Virus record (IMG/VR): IMGVR_UViG_3300013383_000248
Length of the DNA stretch: 13,237 nt
Direction: 5' to 3' (one strand)
Origin: a virus
Each line of letters begins with the position of its first letter. The first letter of the stretch is position 1. Made by a program: the position numbers and the translations under genes. This document shows, in pieces, positions 1 through 8,627 of this stretch. The notes below the pieces were generated by a model. It was not told where the DNA came from. It saw only the letters and a list, made by a program, of their open reading frames with translations, and did not search any database.

Positions 1-1892
1 GCATAGAAGAATGTAGTAGTCTTAATAGGTTCATCAAGTGATGGAGACCAAGAGGCAAACTCATAGTAATCAGAAGGTTCGCCGCCGACTTTCTTTTTAA
101 TATCTTCTTCATTGCCATTATAACTAGCATAATTACCGTAATAAACTCTAGTTTCATAAAGTAATTCACTATCATTGTAAAAATATACAGGATAACTTCT
201 CAGCTCTTCGGAGAATTCAGGCTCAACTGTTTTAGGAGCTGTAATTTTATCAAAGGTATCTTTCCAATCAGCATAAGTATAATCATACTATGCATCAGAT
301 GTCTTAGTAGGAATCTTGATAGTTTTATTAGCAACCGGATCAACGGCTGCGCCACCTTTGATAATCCACTATGTATTAACTACTTTATTATCGCCATCTA
401 CAAATTGAACTCTATAATATGTATCATAAAGGGCAACCATTGTAAGTGGTCCTTGAATATTGCTCTATAGATTACTTAATTCACGATAGATGTAATGAGT
501 ATCCTCAGTGCCTTCGTGAGTAGGTGTTTCAATTAATCCTGTTGCTATTGGATCTATAGCATTATCTCCTTGAGAAATTGCATATTTATAAAGTAAATCA
601 TTATTCCAGTTTACATAACGTAAGAAGAAGCGTGTTTTACCATTAACAATAACAATTAATTCCTTAAATGTTTCATTAAGTTCTTCAAGGAAATCATCAC
701 TAATTTCATTAATTTCAATATAACCAGTGACAACCGCGGTTTCAGTATTATTACCATTGGCATCTATACCGCCGCAAGATTTTAGTTTATTAAAAATAAT
801 CTTTAAAATATCTTCATTGGTGACAGACCAAGTAAGATTAACTAAACGCACACGATCAAGTTTAGGACTATTTAATAGAATATTTTCAATGGGAATGTTA
901 GGAGTATCATCAATCCATAAGGTATTGAGACTATCATAACTTTCCATAGAGAAATTCTAAATACCATGCTAATTACGAATTGTTAAGTTCGTAAATGTCC
1001 CAGGTAATTCTAGATTGGTTAAATGTCCGCCCATTGGGAATTGTAAACTCGTTAAAGAAGAACCTTTTGCTTTTACAGTTTCAAGGTTTACACAATTACT
1101 TAAATCAATTGCTTTAACTAGATTTATACAATTTTCAACATTTAAATAATCTAATAATCTATTATTACCAAGTTCTACACTTGTTAATTTATGATTAGTA
1201 TATCCATCTGCACTACTGCCAAGAATAACTTCTCTTAATTTAGTAGCCGAACTAAATTTAACAGTATCAGGTTTGAAATTACTTAAATCACCGAAGCTAG
1301 AAATTCTATCAGAAGAGCGAATAAAGATTTCAGTGTCAGATGCCGTATCAATTGGGCATTTTAATAAGTTAGGTGTATTGCGTTTACTACGCTGAGTGAC
1401 TGGATAAGAATCAGTAAAATCAACGCGGGGCCATAGATGTTGATAAGGAGTTACTGTGATATCTTCTGGAGAATATGCACGGAAACTTGCTGTCATCTTT
1501 TGGGCGTCGCCAGTGCGATACTTAGAATCGCGGTATTTAAATGTATTATATAACCACCATTCACGCTAAGTACGCTTATTACCTTGGCACATATCAAAGT
1601 ATTCTTCGCCATCAGTTAAATATACATCTAAGTATTTTAATTTAGCATCTTCATTCCAAAGAGCTTCAGGCCAGCATTTACTTTGATGTTCATTCATTTT
1701 TGTGTTAATAGCTTCATAAGAGAACTTACCTGCTATACGAAGTTTATCATACATAGCATAAATTTCAGATTTAAAAGCATCACGAATATTTAACCATAAT
1801 GTGCTTTGCTAGCCATTAAATACATCTTCATTATTTACTTTATCAGTATCTTCAAGGTCATAGTCGAAGACAAGAGCGCCTTCATTATTAAT
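1..1892 (-). CDS. Giant protein G, exon 2, partial: it continues beyond the window start. It holds the C-terminal part of the CotH-like domain, then a leucine-rich-repeat region, then further domains.
   Basis: The frame is the same as exon 1. It is open from 1892 down to position 1 through TAG codons at 1809, 1566, 969, 957, 465, 369 and 288. It joins track ORFs 1566..1754, 969..1496 and 465..947. There is no RBS or start near 1892. An LRR-like segment reads LTSVELGNNRLLDYLNVENCINLVKAIDLSNCVNLETVKAKGSSLTSLQF. Confidence 0.6.
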
Positions 1893-2939
1893 CGTTTAAT
1901 CCACTATTTCTAATGGAACAGACTATATCTTAACGGATTTTTTTAAATCCGCAAAACCCATTTCAAGCTATGTATCAATAATAGCTTTACTCTCCCGATC
2001 CGGAGATAGTCGTTACAGGTTTATAATTTAAATTATTTCAAATTTAGGAATTGCTTCAAATTTCCAACCATATAAGAAAGATCGTTTAGTAGGTATCCAA
2101 GTATCTCCAGCCTAATGTAAATTACTTCTTAAACATATATCTTTATTAAAATATAAATTAGGTTCTTTAGATGAAATAAATATCATTTCTTCGTTATTTG
2201 GAGATATTGCTTTTACAAAATAATGTGCTGTTTTTGCTTTATTTTTTCTAGCATTAGGACCATTATAATAGTTTTTCATAAAATCACCATGTCGTTTAGC
2301 TTGTTCTTGGCCTATAGGAGTTTTATAAAAATTATTCATCCATTCAGTATGCTATTCTATATGTGATTTATCAGCCCAATATTCTGTCATGCTCTAACTT
2401 AATTTTTGACGTCTTTCACCACTTCGTTCAGGATTGTTCCAATAAGCTTTAGATTGTTCTTGATGGCTATCTCCACCTGATGTTAGATTATATCCTTTGT
2501 CTAAATTATTAGAATCATAGAATTTTATATAATAACATTCTCGCTCATTTAATTTATTCTATAATTCTTGTTTATCATTAGTTTTTATTGTCTCTATGAT
2601 TTCCCAAATAAAATTATCTTTAGGATACTTTTCTAAAGTTTTATGAAAAACTGAATTGCCATAATGACGTTTTGTTGCAGTATAATGGCTAGAACGTCTA
2701 CGGTTTAAAGTATTAATAGTCTAACCTATATAAATTTTATTATTTTGTTTATTAGTTACTTTATATATTAATCCTATCATTTAACTTCCTCCTTTCTTAA
2801 AATTTTTTTTGTTGAAATAATTTAAATTAATTTCCCACGGTATTGCCTTCATCTTTACATGGTCAGGTTTCACCGTTAGCATATATTAAATATATACCCC
2901 GTTGATGAGACGGAAAAGGTTTAACAGGCATTATTACAT
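1893..2939 (-). mobile_element. Group I (IA-like) self-splicing intron, about 1047 nt, carrying a GIY-YIG homing endonuclease ORF in a peripheral loop
   Basis: The last exon bases GGU plus the first intron bases AU pair with an IGS-like AUGCC, giving a U-G wobble at the proposed 5' splice site after 2940. A P2-like hairpin CCGU...ACGG lies at about 2895-2912. P7 5' strand GACTAT at about 2003-2008 pairs with ATAGTC inside the conserved S-element AAGATATAGTC at about 1921-1931. A P9 hairpin CCATTA-GAAA-TAGTGG (GNRA tetraloop) at about 1901-1916 is followed by ACG, with candidate omega-G at 1893. There are further helices CTCCG-GAT-CGGAG and AGCTAT...ATAGCT. The flanking exons are in the same frame and together reconstitute one CotH-like domain. 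The intron length of 1047 nt, a multiple of 3, fits the frame continuity. Exact splice junctions are uncertain by a few nt. Confidence 0.6.
2028..2780 (-). CDS. GIY-YIG family homing endonuclease (I-TevI-like), 250 aa, encoded inside the intron
   Basis: ATG at 2778-2780 with SD AAGAAAGGAGGAAG. Translation reads MIGLIYKVTNKQNNKIYIG-Q-TINTLNRRRSSH...ELQNKLNERECYYIKFYDSNNLDKGYNLTSGGD. It matches the GIY-(10/11)-YIGQT, Arg/His and Glu/Asn GIY-YIG motifs. Five in-frame TAG codons, at 2721, 2559, 2394, 2352 and 2112. TAA at 2028-2030. It contains track ORF 2112..2339. Confidence 0.75.
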
Positions 2940-5900
2940 ACCATTAGCGGTATCAAAGTCATAAGGAAGTAAAAACCAATGAGTGCCGTCAAAGGTAGTG
3001 AAGAACATATTCTTTGCACGGCTATCAATCATTAAGAATACTTCAGTAAAGATATAATAGAAAATAAAATCATCTTTAATAAGATAATCATCAATTTCAT
3101 ATTTAAATTTATCAAGACGGTATTCTTCTGTATCATTATTATAAGTAGTTCCGCCATAAGTGACAGGAGCACTTAAGGCTTCACCGGTAGCCTAACGTCT
3201 ATCAGTAGAAACAATCCAATCAGCCACACGCTTAAATTGTGTATAATCACTATAAGGTTCATCTAAATCAGGATAACGGGCCTCGAAGTCAGCCATCCAA
3301 GCTGGAGTTACTGTACCTGTTTCGGCGTCTACGTATGTTTCTTCAAATTCACTCTTTTTAAATAACGTTCTATCAGAGGTATTATTTGAGAATTCCCAAC
3401 TTTCAAGGTGAGGATATAATTCACTATCAAAACCGAAAACATTTTCATTGCTCTTATCGTTATTCATATTATACATACCTTGGAATTTTACTTCGCCGGT
3501 TTCTGTATTTTCCCAGAAAACAACAATAGGAACGCCCTTAATGCCCGTTCTTATTTTATCATTTGTCTTTTGGGGCGGAGTTTTAAAAATATCACGAACA
3601 AGAGTATCATAATAATCTACAAGAACTGTATTATTTGCGTGTTCAGAAGAAGCATAGTCAGCTTTTAAGCATAATGTCGCGGCAAGTAAATCGCCGTCTT
3701 CAATTGGGAATCCTTTTGCTGTATCGCCATTAGAATAAGTAATACCTTTCTTAAAAGATACTTTAAAATTCTTAATAGGATAAACCGCTGAAGATGTACC
3801 TTGAACATTAAATTGACATCCAGTGGCTGTGAAATTACGTTCAGGATGTAAATTATCTACGAAATAAACAGATTTATTTTTCTTTTTATCGCCCTTATAC
3901 TATGGTAATTCTTCACATTGCATTACTAAGTAAGGAATAGACTTAGGTAATGAACCAATTGTAAGATTGCCGGATATATCATAAATGTGATTGCGCTCTT
4001 CAATTTCTAATCTTTCGCCATTAGTAGAACGGTCACAGATATAGTTATTTAACTATTCAGACATTGTAAGATTACGGTTATAGAAACGCATCTTATATAA
4101 GTCAAGTCCACAAGTATCAGAACCAATAGTAATAGGCTATGGAGTTGATTGTTTAAAATTATCATTTTCAGGATACTGTTCAACCGCACAAATAATGCCA
4201 TTTACATACATATAAATGAAACGATTTAAGGTTTGCGGCTCTACAACTACTGTAATTCTAACACGTTCATCTTCTTTAAACATCATAACAATTTCTTTGG
4301 ATTGCTCTGATTTAAAAATGATAGATTGGGATTTAATCACAAAACCGCGACCTTCATTAACACAAGATACAATGACTGAATCATAATCATTTACATTATG
4401 ACTACTTAATTCAAATTCCATTGTATAACCATTGGAGCGTTTGTCAGTTGCGAATGGATAGAATGGGATTACCATCTTATCTTTTGGTAAGAATCTTAAT
4501 ACTGTTTCACCAGCATCGCTCTCTACCCAGCCATCTGCGCCAGACCATACAAAACGTTCAAAAGAAGCATCTATATCATTATAGTTCCATTGTGCAGGAT
4601 TCTTTTCAGCATTACTACGTCCATTAGCTGTAAATTCTAATGCAAGATTGTCTTTAATGACTGATAAATTAAAAGTAGATTCGTGAATAGTCATATGGAA
4701 TTCTTTAATGGCGTCAGTGCCTGAATCACTACTTGCTGTAATACGGAAAATAATTTGTCCGGCGGGATAATCTTGGATAACCCAGTTTTGAGTAGTTTGA
4801 TTTACAATAATTTCTTTTGTAAAATAAATTGAATTATCAGGATTAATAATTTCTAATTTTACATTAGTAGTCTCAAGGAATGGATTATAAACCATATAAG
4901 GAATAGTAATGATTTCGCCTTGAGTTGATTCTGTCTACTGGAATGTAGAAAGAATATGTGTATCAACCATTTCGTCAGTCACATACATCATACCAAGAGT
5001 AAGAGTATTAGATTGAATAGACATATTATTAGTTTCCATTGTGGCATAGCAAGTAAATAAGTGGGCGCCGGCTGTCTACATAGGAATCTTATAACTATAA
5101 GCCAATTTATTAGTACTAGTTATTTCTTCGTTATATAATTCATTGCCATCCATTAAATAATGTAAAGTCTTAGTGCCTGAACCAATGATAACAAATGCAA
5201 AACTCGTATCACTAGTGTAAATATCCATTGATTTAAAATTAGTAGTTAATGATAAGTTAATAACACTAATTGAATAAGTCAATGTTTTTTGTTTGCCATC
5301 AGAATTTTCAACGACTAACTAAACATCATTGTCACCAAGAACTAAGTATTTAGTAATATCAAATGTTTGTAGCTTTTGTGCAACTGCAATAGTTGTTTTC
5401 TTTACATCATTGACAATGAGAGTGCCGATGCCAGGACCATCATTAAGACCATCTTGGTCTATAGACGAATAGCGGAATTTTAATTCTATTGTATCGCCTT
5501 CAAGTGTGGCAAAGATTCGGTCAATTGCAGATTGGAGAGTAATGTTATATCCTTCTTCAATAGTGCCGCCACCCGCTTGCCCTAATTTTTCATAGGCCTT
5601 GGTCAAAGTATTATAATTATATAGAGCCTAATCCGCGATGACCTTATACAGCACATCAGCTTCGCCGGTCTCAGGCAATTCATCAAATTTATTCACTACA
5701 AGAATATTACTCTTACCCTCAACGGCCTATTGAGTTTCATTAAGAATTTCATAAGCGGCTTTAGTGTCATTCCAGTAATAAAATTTTTGATTTTCTTTTA
5801 CTTTATATAATACATCTTCAACTTTTTCAGTAGGTAAATTGGCGATGGTATCTATAACTGCTATGTTCTCTTTACCTTCTACTATTGGAGTTTCACCAGT

Positions 5901-6536
5901 ATTTTCATTAATTGCCTAATAAGTTCTGGTCTATTGATTCCAAGTGTAAAGTAAATCAGTATCAGCTACCTTATAGAGCATAATTGGATTACCTTCATCC
6001 GGTAATTCTGCTTTAGTGCTAATTAATTTAATATTATTAATTTGAGATACTGTTTCTGCTTTTATTTTTTCATAATTATTATTTTGTGAGTTCCAGCTAT
6101 AAATTAACTAATCATCTAAGGATTTGTATAATTTATTATTTTCGCCGTTAGCTGGGAAGCCATCTTTTGTGTCAGCAACAATTATATTATCAATTTGAGG
6201 TTCTGGGTCTGGAATTTCTTGCTTTTCGTTGATAGCAATAAATTTATCATTATCCCAAAAATAGATTAATGATGTTGATTTAACTTTGTAGAAGAATGAA
6301 GCATCACCCTCTGGGGGTAATTTTTCTACTGTTTCAATACTTTTATTTTGAACAACTATATCATTTTCACTAGCAATATATTTCAATTCTTTCCAATTAG
6401 TTGTTCCATCACCAATTTTTAATTTATGAGTGTCTAGCTCATAACCGGCTTCTCCTATCGCTAACGTAGGATTAGCATCTAACCAATTGGTAGAAGTATC
6501 AGAACGAAGTAAAATTGTAGCATTCAATTTCCCCAT
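2940..6536 (-). CDS. Giant tail-fibre / structural protein G, exon 1 (about 1199 codons). It contains the anchor domain, 5 tandem YKV/LYxWN repeats, a ConA-like region and a CotH-like kinase-fold domain up to the P(Y/W)DxD motif.
   Basis: ATG at 6534-6536 with a strong SD (AAGGAGGTAAA). One minus-strand frame stays open across track ORFs 6108..6536, 5319..5606, 5076..5282, 4137..4895 and 3192..3476 and all gaps between them. It is interrupted only by 12 TAG codons, at 6108, 5931, 5916, 5727, 5628, 5319, 5076, 4935, 4137, 4053, 3900 and 3192. CotH-like motifs are present: NVQGTSSAVYPIKNFKVSFKKG (compare RGNSS..YPKKSYKIKF) and KNMFFTTFDGTHWFLLPYDFDTANG (compare the PWDxDxxFG region). The frame ends at TAA at 2934, which I interpret as lying within the intron, 5 nt after the 5' splice site. 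Confidence 0.65.
5585..6360 (-). repeat. Five tandem in-frame protein repeats of about 50 aa each in gene G, of the form ...LP.EG...(V/I)LYKV.....LY.W(N/D)....Y(E).(I/L)
   Basis: Translation shows FFYKVKSTSLIYFWDNDKF, KLYKSLDDQLIYSWNSQNNNYEKI, IMLYKVADTDLLYTWNQQTRTYQAI, DVLYKVKENQKFYYWNDTKAAYEIL and DVLYKVIADQAQYNYNTLTKAYEKL at roughly 150-165 nt spacing. One copy of the module also occurs after the anchor domain in X and in Y. Confidence 0.6.
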
Positions 6537-6570
6537 TATTTTACCTCCTTATATTTTAATCTCTAAATAC

Positions 6571-6610
6571 AATAAAAAAAAGGGTTATTCAGTTAACCTG
6601 AATAACCCTT
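6571..6610 (-). terminator. Rho-independent terminator downstream of gene W
   Basis: A perfect 13-bp stem AAGGGTTATTCAG / CTGAATAACCCTT (6580-6592 and 6598-6610) with a 5-nt loop. On the minus-strand transcript it is followed by a run of 8 U residues (plus-strand A-run 6574-6581). It starts 12 nt after the W stop codon. Confidence 0.7.
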
Positions 6611-6622
6611 TGGAATTAAAGA

Positions 6623-8599
6623 TTACATTACTGTATTGGCAGAACCACAATCAAAAATAACGTAAGCAGTTTGGTCTAAATCATCAATCTTGCCGGAAGC
6701 AGCAACTTTATGAAGCATTACTTCCGCACCCTTACTGATTGCACCATTGGTCTGCTTAACCTGAGTTAAAACACCAAATTTACCGTCAGTCTGGGTTTCA
6801 GTAGCAACTGCACCTTCACTAGTTAACTTAGTAATTGCGCTCGCAGCATCATCAGCACTCTTCTAAGCAGCAGCCGCAGCAGCAAAAGCACCATAAACAG
6901 TCTTATCATCGGCAGTATCTGCATCATCGCCCAAAACAGCAGCAGCAGCACCGGCGGCATCATAGGTACCAGCTTTAATGCTACCAGAGACAGACTTTAA
7001 TGTACCATTTTCCTGAACTACGGTAAGAGCTAGTTGACCATTACCTTCAGCAGCATCTTGAGAAACAGTACTAACAAGATTTACAACTTTATCGTTAATT
7101 TTCTTATCAACTGAGCCTGCAGTCTCAACAGTACCATTTAAAGTATCAATAGCGGCTTTATTGGCGTTAACTTTTTCTTCAAGAGCAGTTACATCAGCAG
7201 AAGCACCACTCTTAATGCTAGCTAAACGCTCCGTTAAGGTTTCTTTTTCGCCTTCTTCGCCGCCCTCTTTATCTAACTTGACTTGATCGCCAGAGATAGA
7301 GATTTTGCTACGAGTGGCAGTGACCATACCATTATTCTGGACAATAGTGGTAATGGTTTCATCAGCAGTACCTGTTTGAGCAGCAGCACTTAAAGATTTC
7401 TTAACAGCATCAGCAACGCCTTCATCACCGAACTGATCGAACTTGGTGCCATCAAAGATATACTCTAAAGTGCCAACGATGACAACATCACCAGTTTTAT
7501 AATCACTTACATCAGTAGGAAGAGCTTCTAACATACCTTTATAAGTTAAGGATTTAGAGAACTTTTCAACTACAGCATCGACATCTGCTTCTGTAGCAAT
7601 TTTATTGCTTTCAGAATTATAAGCAGTCTTAAACTTTAGATCACGTTTAGTAGCAGAAACAATACCATTAGCTTCGCTGATTTCACCTACGAAAGAAATG
7701 GTTTCACTATTGTCAGCAACACCAGCTTCATAACCAGTATAGTTTAATTTCTTAATTGCATTATCACGATCAGTAGCTTCTTGGGCAGCAGCAGCAGCAG
7801 CTTCTTCAGCTTTAGTCTGTGCAGCAGCGGCAGCTTTATTTGCACCGAAAACTGTACTAGCGCCAGCGGCATCAGTATCTTTACCAAGAACAGCAGCAGC
7901 AGCACCGGCGGCATCATAAGTGCCTTCTTTAATAGTAGCAGTGACAGATTTTAACGTACCATTTTCCTGAACGATGGTGACATCAAGGCCATCAGCATTG
8001 ACAGCATTTTCATCAGTGCGGTTAGAAATAGTAGCATTTAACTTTTTAATAGCCGCATCAATTTGACTAGCAATACTACCAGCACCGCCAGTTAATCCTT
8101 CAATTTCAGTCTCTAATGTAGCAATACGGCCAAAAGCATCAGTAACATCGATTAAAGAATCGGTAACATTCTGCCAATCTCCATCTAATTCTTTAGATTG
8201 AAGTTGATATTTACCAGGAATAACAGCATTTTCATCATCTTTAGCTTGAACGATTTTATATTGAGTATTGGTATCGTAGTCAGAATATTTTTCAATAGCT
8301 TCTTGTAAACCAGTGATTTCAGAAGCAGCATAAGAAGGCTTGTTAGCAGCTTTAGCCCAGCCATATATATCAGCAGCTAATCCACTTACAAAAGGAAGAA
8401 AACTATATTTACTAGCACCATCGCCAATTTTAAGGACTACATTAGGTAAATTCTGTAATTTACTAGTAGTGTTACCCTCTGGAATAGTAGCAATTGCCAT
8501 TTCGCCTTTCTTTAATACAGGATCAGCAGCAAGCCAATTATCATAACTATCATATTTTAATTGAATACGAGTTTGAAATACTTTATTAGTATCAGGCAT
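6623..8599 (-). CDS. Tail-fibre protein W, 658 aa. Anchor-like N-terminus (...VLKIGDGASKYSFLPF), poly-Ala-rich central region with two long internal direct repeats.
   Basis: ATG at 8597-8599 with SD AAAGGAGATAATAAATT. Track ORF 6863..8599 continues in frame through TAG at 6863-6865 for 80 more codons (KSADDAASAITKLTSEGAVATETQ...FDCGSANTVM). TAA at 6623-6625. An intrinsic terminator follows immediately. Confidence 0.8.
6866..7020 (-). repeat. Intragenic direct repeat in gene W, copy 2 (encodes LTVVQENGTLKSVSGSIKAGTYDAAGAAAAVLG...)
   Basis: About 85% nt identity with 7836..7990 over roughly 100-150 nt. The shared core is cagcagcagcagcaccggcggcatcata...ctttaatg/acgtaccattttcctgaac. Confidence 0.6.
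7836..7990 (-). repeat. Intragenic direct repeat in gene W, copy 1 (encodes VTIVQENGTLKSVTATIKEGTYDAAGAAAAVLG...)
   Basis: Paired with 6866..7020. Both copies are followed by Ala-rich tracts. Confidence 0.6.
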
Positions 8600-8627
8600 A
8601 ATTTATTATCTCCTTTTCAATCAATTA

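Noticed and set aside
1896-2030. In-frame TAA codons at 1896, 2013 and 2028 within the apparently continuous frame-0 reading. They initially suggested that TAA might also be recoded, or that the region holds pseudogenes.
   Set aside because: They fall inside the group I intron, which is not translated as part of gene G. TAA at 2028 is the genuine stop of the homing endonuclease. Every gene that ends inside the window terminates with TAA, in several cases right before the next RBS or terminator, so TAA is a functional stop here.
2781-2886. A short frame-0 ORF (MLTVKPDHVKMKAIPWEINLNYFNKKNFKKGGS) between the exon-1 end and the nuclease gene
   Set aside because: It spans the nuclease RBS and the predicted P2/P3 intron helices and has no RBS of its own. 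It is most likely non-coding intron RNA.
5280-5606. Methionine starts reported by the ORF track at 5282, 5606 and 12796
   Set aside because: The codons are TTG (5280-5282, 5604-5606) and GTG (12794-12796), inside a continuous reading frame with no RBS. They are internal Leu/Val codons, not gene starts.
6537-6575. A sigma70 promoter between the W terminator and the G start (TTGTAT ... TAAAAT)
   Set aside because: The hexamers are only about 8 nt apart, which is a wrong spacer. G is probably expressed from an upstream or late promoter with partial terminator read-through.
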